Source: Scyliorhinus canicula (lineage: Eukaryota). Taken from it: a stretch of DNA of 64,000 nt. The stretch is from the NCBI RefSeq assembly GCF_902713615.1, contig NC_052154.1, forward strand, positions 178,793,873 to 178,857,872, written 5' to 3'. The notes beneath the pieces are model-generated. The model saw nothing but the letters and a program-made list of their open reading frames with translations. It had not been told where the DNA came from and did no database searches. Shown piece after piece: positions 1 through 13,144 of this stretch (its first letter is position 1; each line of letters opens with the position of its first letter). The translations under genes were made by a program, and so were the position numbers.

Positions 1-3000
1 TACAACCCCCCCCCCCCCCCGACCCCCAGTAAGGACTGTCCTTGGGATCGTGGCAGCTATTGTTGGGAGGGTAGTTAACACCTTGCCACCCCTCAGACTG
101 CAGAGGGCCAGGTTGGCCCTGCCAAGGAGCAAGTTCTGAGGGCAGAACTGAGACAGGATGCTCAATGGGGCATCGTGGGTGGGCTGTAGGAGGGTTCTGG
201 GAGGGGTGGTGGGGTGGCCTGGCAGCGATCCGGACTGCTTTTTGAGATCGGAGTGTGGGACCTATCAGAGTTAAATGCTGTCAGTTCCTAGCTGACCACT
301 TCAAAATCACTTAACAGTGAGGGGAGATGGTCTAAAAGGACTTACTTCTGTTTGAATTGGTCCAGGAGCTGTCGTTCAAAGCTTGATGTTTGTGAGCATT
401 GCGATTAGAGCATTTCAGAGGTCCTCAAATGCAAAGGAAGATGAATGGAACAATGCTGACAGCTGGGGAGTGTGGAAGCTGTCAATCGCAGCCTAGTGAA
501 ACCAATATCAAAGAGAAATAAATGAATGGTTTGCAGATCAAAGATCTGAGGGGGTTCAAAACACATCTCACTGGTTTTCTCTTTCCAGAAATTGATAGGT
601 GGGGCTTCCTGTGTCTGAACCAGCAGGTGCATTGTCCAGGTGAATGTTAAATGTGTGATTTCTTTCACTGCATCTGGCTGAACTGCTCTCTAGCTTGTTG
701 ACTCCACCCCCCCCCCCCCCCCCCCCCTCAACTCCGCTCCGTACTGCCCCCCGGCATTGATGAGGCCTAGAGGCCTGATAATAAGATTTAATTTTACTCT
801 AATAGGGTTCACATTGCGTTACTAGTGGGGGGTGAGGGGGGGGGGGGGGGGTGGACAAGTGTGGCAGGACTTTCCGATGTACAGCGCAATTGGATCCTCC
901 ACGAGACTTTGGATTCCCGTCAACATTCATGCCCGATGCGAACGAGAGGGCAAAACCCCAGCTGTAGCCTTGTGCAATCCAGAAAAGGCTAAACGTTTTG
1001 TGTATGCTACATTGCCTTATGCCAGTTATTCTGTCAATCTGCTTCCCACCCCTCCACCATCTCAAATGATTTATCAGTAATTTGTTTATCAAAAATATTC
1101 CTTCAATATAACTTTCAAATGTGAGATATTACTCACTTTGAAACTGAACTAAAGTTCCTCAAGGAATATAATTCAACCCAACACAATATATTCAAATATG
1201 TACTCTAATGGCATTTGAGTTTGCGACTTCCGTGAAATAAATTGGTCACAGGTCACACATTTCTTTACTATTTCCCAGAGTACAATAACTGTATTATTTT
1301 CATGTCTGCCTCAGGGAATATTCAACTAGGTTCTAAAAGGATGAATTCCAGTGAAACAGCCTAAATGCCTGTAAAAGCATACGGCATAAAGGTACATTAT
1401 GTCCAGATTTAGGAGTGGAAATTCTTTTAATAGGTGAATGAGAAATGGTTTGCAGTGGTTTGATTTAAAATATGGGAAATGAAGGACAAACTGTGATGAG
1501 GAATAATTTATTTCTGCAGGCACCATGAAATGAAAGTTTAATTGTAAAATGCTCGATTTTGAAAGAAGCTAGATATATTTTGAATATCATGACAACTTTT
1601 AACCCAATAGTTCATAACTCTGCAATAATGATTTTATTGGAATTAGTATTTGTGAATCACTTCTCAAAATATTCTAAGCGTAACTTAAGTTTTAAAAGGA
1701 GCTGGGAGTTACGGTGGTGGTGTCGAGCACTGCTGCCTCACAGCGCCGAGGACCCGGGTTCAATGCCGGCCCTGGATCACTTTCCGTGTGCAGTTTTCAC
1801 ATTCGCCTTGTGTCTGCGTGGGTCTCACCCCCACAATCCAAAGATGTGCAGGGTAGGTGGATTGGTCACGCTAAATTGCCCCTTAATTGGAAACAAAAAG
1901 AATTGGGTGCTCTGTAATTTCTGTGGGAAACGGGTAGAAAAGGCATAATCTATGAATTTTATTCAAACACTTAGCATTCTTGATTCTGAAAGGGCTTTTG
2001 TAATCTTGCAGCATGGTTAAATGGGAATAGTTACAAACATTTAAATAATCTGCAGTCAAAGCATGTAAAGTTAGTGAGGAAATGTCGACAGTGCGGGATT
2101 CACAAGTCTGCCAGTTGCGTGTTTCTTGGCGGCGTGCAGTTCGCTAGTGCTGAGATTCTCTACTCACGCCGCTTGCCGATGGAATTTCCCAGTGAAGCCA
2201 CCCCACGCCGTCAGAAAACACATGGGCGTGAGTGCACTGCTGGCGGGAACAGAGAATAACAACAGCCGGAGATTACGGACCCTGATGTTGTTCTAAACAT
2301 TCAGTCAAACGCTCGGATCAGAACACACTGCAAAGTGCGAAGTTACTGAGAGCAGATCCTCTATAAACCAAGTGTTGTAAATTAATCAATGAAGGAATTT
2401 ATGAAAAACTGTCAGAAGCGATAGTGATACCTGCCTGATGAGCCTGACACAGTATACAATCAGTTTGTAAATTTGTGAAATCGCGGATGTCTTAAAAAAA
2501 TTGGATATCTGCTAGATGCAGGGTGCAAAATTAAGTCAAGTGATATTGTGTGACTTCAGTTAGTATTTCCCCATACAGTGACAACTTATCTGCTCTGACT
2601 CTATCACAGTTAAGGTCGTTAAATAAAAACAGCAAGTACTAGTAAAACTCAACAGGTCTGGCAGCATCTGTGGGGAGGGAAAGTGAGCTAAGTTTCAAGT
2701 CAGATATGACATTCTTTGGAACTTTGGACAGAGGTTCTTTCCCCCCGAGTGAATTCCCAGTCACAGCAAGTCCATACACTAATAAATAGATGACGGTGGT
2801 ATTTCAATGTTGCAGCATTGACTAGGTTATCTTTTAGGATTTAGATTACCAAAGATCCACGATCATTTTACCATTTCTATTAGAGGTGGTACTGTGGTAA
2901 GCTGAGACCAAGGGAAGAGAAGAACTACATTTTTGTCGTAAAGGTACCAATTATTCTGTGCAATTCTATACTTCGCAATTTTCGCAGAATCATAGAATTC

Positions 3001-3803
3001 CTACAGTGCAGAAGGAGGCCAATCAGCCCATCGAGTCTGCACCAACCCTCTGAAAGAGCACTCCCCGGCCCTATCCACATACTCCCGCAACCCCACTTAA
3101 CCTGCACATTGCTGGACACTCAGGATCAATTTCTTTGCATGGCCAATCCACCTAACCTGCACATCTTTGGACTACGGGAGGAAACCAGAGCAACCGAAGG
3201 AAACCTATGCAGACACGGGTAGAATGTACAAACTCCACACAGTCACCCAAAGTTTTCTGATTTTTCCAATTAAAATTTTGTAATAACTGTTCCAGCTATT
3301 TTGTTTGACGTAAAATGGGCTACCGCTTTTGGTGAAAGTTACGAGCTCCAATACCCGAGTTCTAGTCAAGGACATCTTAGTTTGACCCCTGGTCTTCACT
3401 CTTTCATGCTTCAGGTATTTCATACAATGTGGTGAGTTTGGATAATCTTGGCCAGATTAACGTTCAACATTAGATTAAATCGACCAAGAAACAATAACGA
3501 CATCCATTTGTAAAGCCCTTAACATAACATATTTATTCAGACAAAGTAGTCATTGTGTCAGTGAAGATTCATAAAAGCTGGTGTTCTTTGGCATATTAGA
3601 CCAACGGAAGTGGGAGTCGTCTGCGGTGGAGAAAATACAGAGAACATATTGAATGTTTTTTAAAACAACTATGGCAGGGATCTTTGTACGTTCACTCTGA
3701 GCTCCAGTTTCTGAACAGAATATCCCAACAAGTAGCATCCTTTATGATCATTTTTTTCAAGCAAAGATAACCTTGAAAACAATGCTTCAAGGACAGGTGA
3801 ACA

Positions 3804-4051
3804 ATAGAACATAGAACATTACAGCGCAGTACGGGCCCTTCGGCCCTCGATGTTGCACCGACCTGTGAAACCATCTGAAGCCTACCTGACCTACACTATT
3901 CCATTTTCATCCATATGTCTATCCAGTGACCACTTAAATGCCCTTAAAGTTGGCGAGTCTACTACTATTGCAGGCAGGGCGTTCCAAACCCCTACTACTC
4001 TCTGAGTAAAGAAACTGCCTCTGACATCTGTCTTATATCTACCACCCCTCA
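3804..4051 (-). mobile_element. CR1 3' end (others at ~10040-10552 and ~63300-63560 on -, ~23230-23370 on +)
   Basis: (ATAGAAC)n tail, GGCCCTTCGGCCC, FTQRVV-coding segment. Confidence 0.8.
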
Positions 4052-4439
4052 AGATACCCATAGGATTTTACAGTAAACATACTATCAACAAATTAAATGA
4101 AATGTGAATCAAACAAATAAAGCATAAGCGAAGAATTATTAGACCATCGCTAATTTGATAACCCAAATAACTTCTGGAGAACAAGATTTAAAGCAATGAA
4201 ATCTCTGGATATTTCATGCAAGGCAGAAACACAATATACTATGTTGTTTGAATAAATTACAGCATAAATTAAATACCATTATGATCTTGTAGCTTTCTGT
4301 AAAATTATTGCATATATATATCTATATTACTGCTAGTGACGACTCAGGACTATATGAACTTTGCATGCAAAGATTGATTGTCACCATTCCAATGTACGTG
4401 ATCCAACTTATCTGTTGAAAATGAGCCACAGTAATTTAA

Positions 4440-4560
4440 CACAAAAACAGAAAATACTGGACAATCTCAGCAGGTCTGACAGCATCTGTGGAGAGAGAAG
4501 GGAACTAACGTTTCAAGTCTGGACTACTCTTTGTCAAAGACAGAGGGAACTGGAAACGGG
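4440..4560 (-). mobile_element. Penelope-like 3' tail fragment (others at ~2622-2723 and ~6495-6585)
   Basis: CAGCAGGTCTGACAGCATCTGTGGAGAGAG matches the reverse complement of 48340-48400. Confidence 0.7.
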
Positions 4561-4977
4561 GTCATTTAATGAATCATTTAACATCCCTTTACTGAGCAAA
4601 GACAATGCTGGAGTGAGATGCAGACAGAGTGTACAGTTGGAAATTTGCTTCTCTTGCTAAGTTCTGGGGAGTATTTTCTCAAGTTTAAATTCAATCTTTT
4701 TATTGATTTCATTTAAATTCTGCCAGCTGCTGTGGTGGGATTTGTACCAATGTACTCTGAGCATGAGACTAGTTGGACTTAGCTGAGTGACATTAACAAT
4801 ATTCCACAGTCTGAGCGACAAACCTGGCTCAAGGGGCTGAATGGTCTACTCCTATTTTTGCATTCGATTGCTGAAAAGGATAGGCTTTGCTTCAAATTTT
4901 CAATTTCACTTTATTTGATACTATTCCTGTGACTCCATTCTCAATAAATCAATCAGAGGAAAACAGGTAAATACGTG

Positions 4978-5709
4978 GGGCGGGATTCTCCAATAATGGG
5001 GCTATGTCCCCACGCCGGCGTGAAAACCGACGCCGACCACTCCGGCGTCAATGGACCCCGAATGTAAGGAATTCTCCCCTTTCTAGGGGCTAGGTTGGCA
5101 TCGGAGTGGTTCCCGCAGCTCCAGCCGACGCCGAACAGCCGCTCAAGTTCGCGCATGCGCGGAACGGCCGCCATATTTCCGCGCATGCGCAGAACGGCCG
5201 GCGTGTTTCCGCGCATGTGCAGGGGTTTCCTTCTCCGCGCCGGCCCCCGGCAATATGGAGGAGCCCTATTGCCGGCCCGGCGCGGAGTAAAGCAAGCCCC
5301 CACGGAACCAGCCCGCCCGCCAGTCGGTAGGCCCCGATCGCGGGCCAGAACATGGTGAGGGCACCCCTCCTCGGGTCAGATCCCCCCACCACCCCTTCTT
5401 CCCCCCCCCCCCCCCAGGACGGACCCTGCACACTTACCTTCCAGGTATCGCCGTGTGTGAGGTGAGTAAACCACGCCGGCGGGACTCGGCCAAACTCATC
5501 GGCCACTCGGCCCACTGGAGTCCAGAGAATCACTGGGGGGGGGGGGGGGGGGGGGGGTGGCCGCTGCCAACGGTCCCCGACCGGCGCGGTGGGAATCCCG
5601 CCGGTGCCTGAAGAACAGCGCCGGAGAATAGGGAAGCCGGCGTCGGGGCGGCATTCGCGCCTCCCCCAGGGGATTCTCCGACCCGGCGCGGGGTTGAAGA
5701 ATCCCGGCC
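4978..5709. mobile_element. Harbinger-like MITE (relatives ~27274-28200, ~28563-29114, ~50000-50505)
   Basis: TIR GGGCGGGATTCT/AGAATCCCGGCC, TSD GTG/ATG, CpG-rich interior with G/C runs. Confidence 0.8.
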
Positions 5710-7314
5710 ATGGCGTCCATGTATCCCAAGCACTGCTCCACCAACTTGACTCCAACTGAGGCGTATTTCACATTATTTAAATCAAATGGTACCCGAGAAC
5801 GATTATTCAATGGTCAGGTTCAATCTTCTTCCCGAGGCATATTATGACATTATAGCTGACAATTGCACATTTAAAGAAAAAAACTAAATATTCACAGTTT
5901 GAATATGAAAAATGGATGCAAGAATTTTGTTTAACGAAAAGCAGGTTGTAATAAATCAACATAATTGATGCTGTGATGACGCAAGGGATGGGTCTAACTC
6001 CACTTAACAAAGTGTGTATCAATTAAAAGCGTATTTTCACCAAGGCCCTGATGATTTGCTCTTCAAGCGGTTTTAATTAGTCAAGACTTCCACCAGATGG
6101 TTTAGTTCTGCTGCTGAAAAGCTGTGTGTGTTGTTCGATTATTCTCTGACTTTTTCTCTGCCTTCCTGAAGCTGTTGCGATACCCATGGCAATCACCTAA
6201 CAGTTCCCGTTTAATTGGGTCACTTTTCTACATCAAATATTTCAGCAGTTCCCAGAACAGTCAACCATTCAACGTTCAGCCCTTTTTTAAAACCCCATTC
6301 CAGCGATACCAACAGGAGAAATAAGTTGATTAGTTTAATCCATCAAGGTTGATCTGAATAGACTGTACGAAAGAGGGAAATCTCATCAGTTCTTTTGTTT
6401 TCAAACTTTGTTTGTTAACCATGCCCCCCCCCCCCAAGCAAAACCAGTTGTGATTTCCAGCTGTGGCCCACTTAACAATATCCGAAAGGAAAAACTAAAT
6501 AATATGAATGCTGGAAATCTGAAACAGAAAGAAAACGTTGGAAAAGTTCAGCCTGTCAGGCAGCATCTCTGGAGAGAGAAGTAATGCTAATGGGTGAGAT
6601 TTTCCGTTTGTGCATGCCGGTGTGATCTTCCGGTCCCGCCGATGGTGCACCCCCGCTGGGTCGTTTCCCCAGCGAAGTAGGCCATTCAGCCCATTGAGCC
6701 TACACCGCCCCTCTGAAAGAGCACGGTACCCAGGCTCACTCCTCGGCCCTTTGCCCGTAACCCCATGGAAGGCGAGCAAAATCCCGCCCTATGACACTGT
6801 GACACTTCCCCTCCGTTAAACTAACACACGTTTATATTTCAGGAGCAAATGCAGATTTTGTGCACAGTGAGCCGTGGGAAAAAAGGTTTGATGTTTGTTG
6901 CTGCACAATGGAGCGGAGAGGCCAAGAGCCGATTAACTTAAATTGAGCTCAGCTGGGAGATAAAGATGGTCTCACCAATACACCTCACCAAATAACTAGT
7001 CTGAGGAAATTAATGATGAAGAAGAACTGAGTTCCATCAGTTAATAGGTAGTCCACAATGATTTAAATGATCATCAGCAGTACCATCAAACATATTCTCT
7101 CAGGAAGGGACCAAGAGATTTCTCACTCCAAATCCCAGAGATGGACATTGAAGTACATTGTACAAGAGAATTGTGGGAAGATGCCTTGAAGCACAAAGGC
7201 AGGATAACTAAGTACCCCTCCAACCTCTGTTGTCGTTTAAGCTTCTAATAATGGAGGGTGAACGTGGAATCATATAATTGTGTTGTATCCATTGTGTTGT
7301 GTCGTGTTGTAGCA

Positions 7315-7497
7315 GGGACTGGTTTAGCACACTGGGCTAAATCACTGGCTTTTAAAGCAGACCAAGGCAGGCCAGCAGCACAGTTCAATTCCCGTACCAG
7401 CCTTCCCGAACAGGCGCTGGAATGTGGCGACTAGGGGCTTTTCACAGTAACTTCATTGAAGCCGACTTGTGACAATAAGCAATTTTCATTTCATTTC
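7315..7497 (+). mobile_element. Short tRNA-derived SINE with a Rex1-like tail (copies ~16788-16942-, ~30040-30240+, 38548-38714-, ~53003-53345+ as a tandem pair, ~56256-56440+)
   Basis: GGTTTAGCACACTGGGCTAAA...GTTCAATTCCCGTACC...CTTTTCACAGTAACTTCATTGAAGCC...GTGACAATAAG. Confidence 0.85.
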
Positions 7498-8147
7498 CTT
7501 CCCCCTCTCTTAATTACTTTATTGTAAAAGGCAACAAATGTTTGATACATTCCCTGGAGCTGGCTCTCCACCATTTCCTCCTGCAGCAGGTTCTTTTTAT
7601 TTTTTGCTCAGCAAATTTTCTGCCTGCACGGCCCACGATTGCCGCCAAAAGTCTCCTTTGTGCACGAGTGAAAAATTAGATGAACTATGACAACTTACAT
7701 CCTTGAGTTTAATTACAGCTGCTCGTAAGGAAAAACAAACAGAAATGAGATGCAAGCAAGGGTGCAAAGGTTTTCACCGCATACAATATAAATGCCAGAA
7801 GGAAACACTAGAGTAGCAAGAGTAATGTCCCTCCATTTACATAGATTGGAAATCACAACTCCATTTCATAACCAGGGTTGAAGAAAAACAGGTTGCCGAG
7901 TTCCGCAGAAGATCATCAAGACCTGGGGGTCCTGCTCGGCTGCCATGGTTATTCCCGCACGGCCCATTAAAATTGGACAAATCGGCACAAAAAGATTAAA
8001 GAATTTCAACCGCGCGTTTTGTCCATGTACGTGTCATATTTCCGCAATCTTCTGTCTTGGATTTAGAGATGTCGAGCCTGATACTGGTCCCATCCATGCA
8101 GCTGGCCATGCCCCCAGATTGAAGGGCGGGTCCCTGCTACTTGTGCC

Positions 8148-8528
8148 TGTGACCTGATGAGAAATGTATTTAATTGTAAGAGTTACTGTTATGCCTGAAT
8201 CAACCACTGGAGGGAGCTCTATGCAGAACTATATGAAGCATCAAGGTGAAGCATTCTGGGAGAGTGTTGAGGAAAAGGCGAGGAGAAAGACTGGAGGATA
8301 GCTAGTGTGAGTGAGAGCAGATCATAGTTATTGTATTAGTGTAGAGATTAGTGGTAGATGAATGTGGATTGTGTATTTATTGTCAATTGTTTATCATATA
8401 GAAGTAAGAGGTCAAATTCAATTAAGTAGTGTAAATAAATCTTTAGTTTTGTTCAATACAAAAGCTAGTTGTGGTCTTTGTGAACAAACAGCAACCATCC
8501 TAGGATCTGAATCACAAAGAACACCACA
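8148..8528 (+). mobile_element. Solo LTR
   Basis: TG...CA ends with a 5-bp TSD GTGCC (8143-8147 and 8529-8533). AATAAA at ~8434. Confidence 0.75.
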
Positions 8529-9830
8529 GTGCCTGTAGAAGTCAATATGTTTCCCGCTTCTGGACTGTGGTAGAAAGATTCAACAGCACTCGTTATGGAA
8601 AAATAACAAGACTTTATTTTCATACAGACTGCATGCAGTAATGGCTGAAACTTGAGGTCAGAGAGCAGTTAGTATTGCTGCTGATTCCTTCCTAACTTTG
8701 CACTTTCACAGAGAATCAGCTCAGTATTTATACATTATCAGAATCAGGATTACGTGACTACAGCTTAGTCAGGAATTCGATCAGTAGTATAAACATAAGC
8801 AATATCATAAAACAGGCGTCGCCTTGCTGACCTTCCAGGACTTTTTGTCTCATCACTCATACCATTATCTTGTCCTTTGATGGAACATTAAAAGGTCGGA
8901 GGAGACTTGTTCCTTCCTGACCTTATCTCGTCTTATTCAGACTGCCTTGGGTTGTGACGAGTTAGTCTGATCAGAAGTTGTGGAGGTCAGGCATTTCGGA
9001 ATGGCTTGACCTTCTCCAATCTTATTCAGGCTTTAAGTCATGCGAAGACAGCTTTCTTACATTGTACCAAGTAGTTGACCAGTTTTCCCATCATGCCATT
9101 ACTTATTTCATACATCGCATGCCTATGTACGACCATTCAAGGTCAATCTGTTAAAATCAATCTGTTTTCTTTTTGTCGCAAATCCAGAATAGTAAAACTT
9201 GTAAATATTTAAAAATTGATTTATATTACTCAGAAATTGATTACCTCAGACCAGTTAACTCAGTAAATATCTCGGTGATGATTTTTAAAGCCATTTTCAG
9301 TTTATTTGCAATCAGGTTACTCCCAGCTGGTGGACAACTTAACAATGTTTACGTGATAAACCCACGTTCAGCTTCACTGACAAAACTTTGCCCCACTTAA
9401 ATATAACGAACAATGGGGGAAAAAAAGTAATTGCATTATAAATTGCTGCATGACTTCCCAGGCCTGTGGAATATTTAACACGTGTGATGAGGAAAATGAT
9501 TTTGAGCAGAAATGTAAACCATAAAAGCAATTCAGAAACTCTTCTCCCGAATGTCTGAAGACCTCCTTCCTTCTCCGCCAGCAAGGTAAACAGATGTCAT
9601 GTAAATGAAGGGTGGGGCTTTCCAGAATAATTCAGTTGCCAAAACGGCAGGGCCATTTCTGGGTCAGAATGTCGTTTGGCTAGTTAGAGGATTTTGCTGA
9701 GGCTCTTTCACTGAGCCACAGCATTATAATCTCGCTCGAATGCTCATGGACAGTGAGCAGGTCAATGCACCTCATCAATTCAGAAAGGACCTCTATTCAA
9801 AAGGCTCACAATGACAGCACAGAATGACAT

Positions 9831-9954
9831 TCACCTGAGGAAGGAGCTGTGCTCTGAAAGCTAGCAATTCCAAACAAACCTGTTGGACTTTAACCTGGTG
9901 TTGTAAGACTTCTTACTGTACCCACCCCACTCCAACGCCGGCATCTCCACATCA
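9831..9954 (+). mobile_element. Penelope-type tail with a degenerate hammerhead (same family as 34527-34647)
   Basis: CAC-CTGAGGA-A-GGAGC-TGT-GCTCT-GAAA-GCTA, followed by the same tail ending GGCATCTCCACATCA. Confidence 0.75.
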
Positions 9955-11119
9955 TCAGCATTGAGTGAAGCATTGTGGGAAGGGGACACCACGCAGAATG
10001 GAGGCAAGCCATGTGAACACATGTACGACAGCACATATTAGAAGCAGGAGTAGGCCATTCGCCCCGTCAAACCTGCTCTACCATTTCATAAGATCATGGC
10101 TGATTTAATTGTGGTTTTAGCTCTCTTGTCAGTCAAGAATCTAACTCAGCCTTACAAATATTCAAGGATCCAGCCTCCAGTCCTCGCTGGGGAAGGGAGT
10201 CTCACAGACTAACGACCCTCTGAGCGAGAAAATATACCCCTACCCTCTGTCTTAAATGGGAGACCCTTTAATTTTAAACTGTGTCTCCAAGTTCCAGCCT
10301 CTCTTATAAGATGAAACACCCTTTGGCATCTACCCTATCAAGACCATTTAGGATCTTTTGTTTCAATAAGATCACTTCTCATTCTTCTAAATTCCAAATG
10401 ATACAGGCACAACTTGTTCAACCGTCCTTTATAAGATCACCCTATCATTCCAGGAATCGAGTGAACCTTCTTTGAACTACTGCCAATGCAATTGTATTCC
10501 TTCTTAAGTAAGGGGATCAAAACTGTACACAGTACACCAGTTGTGATCTCACAATGAGCAAAATGTCCCTACTTGTTAATTCGCCGATACCATGGCGGGA
10601 TCAGGGTATTGAACCTGATGATCAGCCATAATCATAATGAATGGCGGAGCAGACTCGAAGGGCCGAATGACCTCCTCCTGCTTCTATTTTCTATGTATGT
10701 TTCTATAACTTGCCTGCTACAGATGGATCTGTCCATGACACTGTTGGTAAGCGAGATCATTGCACAGTCCTCATGGAGACAAAGTCCCGTCTTCACCTTG
10801 AGGATGCCCTCTTGTCGTGTTGTGCGGCACTACCACTTTGCGATTTGTGATCTAGCAACAAAAGACTGGACGACCATGAGACACTGTGGGCCATGAGCAG
10901 CAGCAGAATTGTACTCAACTGCCATCTGCAACCTCATTGTCCAGCATATCCACCACTCTACCATTACCACCAAGCCAGGTAATCAGTGGTTCAATGAAGA
11001 GTGCGGAAGGCATGCCAGGAGCAACATCAGGCATACTTAAAACTGATGTGTCAACCTGGTGAATCTACAACACAGGACTACTTGTCTGTCAAACAGCAAT
11101 TCCACAACCAATAGATCAG

Positions 11120-12466
11120 GGGCACGATTCAACCAAAGAATTTGAGGGGTCCGGGGTCACGTCAGTGGGGTTGAGAGATCGGGGCACCATTTAAAAATAG
11201 CATCACAATCTCTTCCTGCACTGAGGAACTCTGATCGCTGGATCTGCTCAGGAAATGACGTTACAGTGCAGCCCCGGGGGCTAGGTGGGGCAGGGTGGGG
11301 TTCCCGCTTGGGCCCAAAATAGCAACAGAGTGCCGTTCAATAGCGGTACTGTTCTTGACACTATAAGCGCCGGCAATGAGCCCACGAGTACCGTCCGGAA
11401 CGGGCTCTGATTTGTTTTGGATACATTGCGCCCTTAGTTATTTTTCTGGGCCTTGGGATATTTCTCCCTGGTCTAGCCCACACTTTGAAATTTTCCCAGC
11501 TGTGGGCAGCTGAACACACTGGCGAGACCGGCGTCTCAGAGCTCAGAGCGCCATTTTGAAAGGGTGCCCCAACTCTAAGTTCGGTTGAGGATCCCCCCAT
11601 GTGCCCCACCTATGGATAATGCCACCCCACGCAGACATCGGCATCACCCCCTCCACCTCCATGTGAGGACACCCCTCTATGGGTTGCTGACGACCCTCCT
11701 TTTCAGGCCCTATCACCCCTGATTTTGAACCCTCCCTTTCAGGATCGCTCCTTCACTACCCCCAGCCTCTATGTGGTTCCTTCAGACCCCCACATCACCC
11801 TCAGCCCCCATTCTTTATTCTCCCTCCCTTCCTTTCATGGGCATGGCCTTCCATCAGGCTCTGACCCTTGGTAGTGCCAATCTGGCACACAGGCACCTTG
11901 GCACTGACAGCCTGGCACCCTAGTAGTGCCCCTGCCTGCCTGGAGGTATCATCCTAGCACCCCGGCAGTGCCAAGGTATCAAGCTGGCAATGCCAAAGTG
12001 TCCATGTACCAGCAGGAGTGGTAGCATGCCATTCTGCCCAATGCCCAAATACCCAGGGGTCTCCAATAAACTGAAAGACCCCTTGGGTTCCATTACGACT
12101 AGTCCACATTGCAGTGGACCAGTACTAAATGGCTCCCTGACGAGTTGTCCCAGGAAAGGCCGGTGAATTCTTGGCCCCAGCAGAATCCGGTGAATGCATA
12201 GTTAAATGGTCCTCATGGCTCATTGAAATATGCATATCTGGACCTCACGTAGCAAGAGCAAGATCCAGATCATGAAGTCATGCAAAACTCCGTTAAATCT
12301 CATGAGACATTTCAAAATGGCGCTCTGAGCTCTGAGACGCCGGTCTTGCCAGTGTGTTCAGCTGCCCACGGCTGGGAAAATTTCAAAGTGTGAAATGCCT
12401 CTCACAAGATTAAACAGCATTGTCCCGACACCAAGTTGGGGGTGAAGAGACCATTGAATAACGCAT
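11120..12466. mobile_element. Older Harbinger-like non-autonomous element
   Basis: Begins GGGCACGATTCAA after CAG. Degenerate right end TTGAATAACGCAT before CAG. Confidence 0.6.
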
Positions 12467-12469
12467 CAG

Positions 12470-13144
12470 GGCCGGGATTCTCCCCTACCTGGCGGGGCGG
12501 GAGGTCCCGGCGGGATGGAGTGGCGTGAACCACTCCGGCGTCAGGCCGCCCCAAAGGTGCGGAATTCTCCGCACCTTTAGGGGCCAAACCCCACCCTTGA
12601 GGGGCTAGGCCTTTGGCGCTACTCCAGCAAGGGCCGAAGGGACTTCGCCGGCCGGCGGAAGTCCGCGCATGCGCCAGAGCGTCAGCGGCTGCTGACGTCA
12701 TCCCCGCGCATGCACAGGGGAGGGGGTCACTTCCACGTCCGCCATTGTGAAGACTATGGCGAACGCGGAGGAAAAGAGTGCCCCCACGGCACAGACCCGC
12801 CCGCCGATCGGTGGGCCCCGATCGTGGGCCAGGCCACTGTGGGGGCACCCCTGGGGCCAGATCGTCCCGCGCCCCCCCCCCAGGACCCCGGAGCCCGCCC
12901 GCGCCGCCTGGTCCCGCCGGCAAGGTAGGTGGTTTGATTCTTGCCAGCGGGACCGGCATGACAGCGGCATGACTTCGGCCCGCCACGGGCCTGAGATTCG
13001 GCGGGGGGGGGGGGCTGATTGGTGCAGCGCAATTTCCGCCCCCACCGAATCTCTGGTGCCGGAGACTTTGGGAGACGACGGGGGCGGGATTCACGCCGGC
13101 TCCCGGCAATTCTCCGACACGGCCGGGGTCAGAGAATCCCGCCC
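12470..13144. mobile_element. Harbinger-like MITE, same family as 57650
   Basis: TIR GGCCGGGATTCTC/GAGAATCCCGCCC, TSD CAG. Confidence 0.88.
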
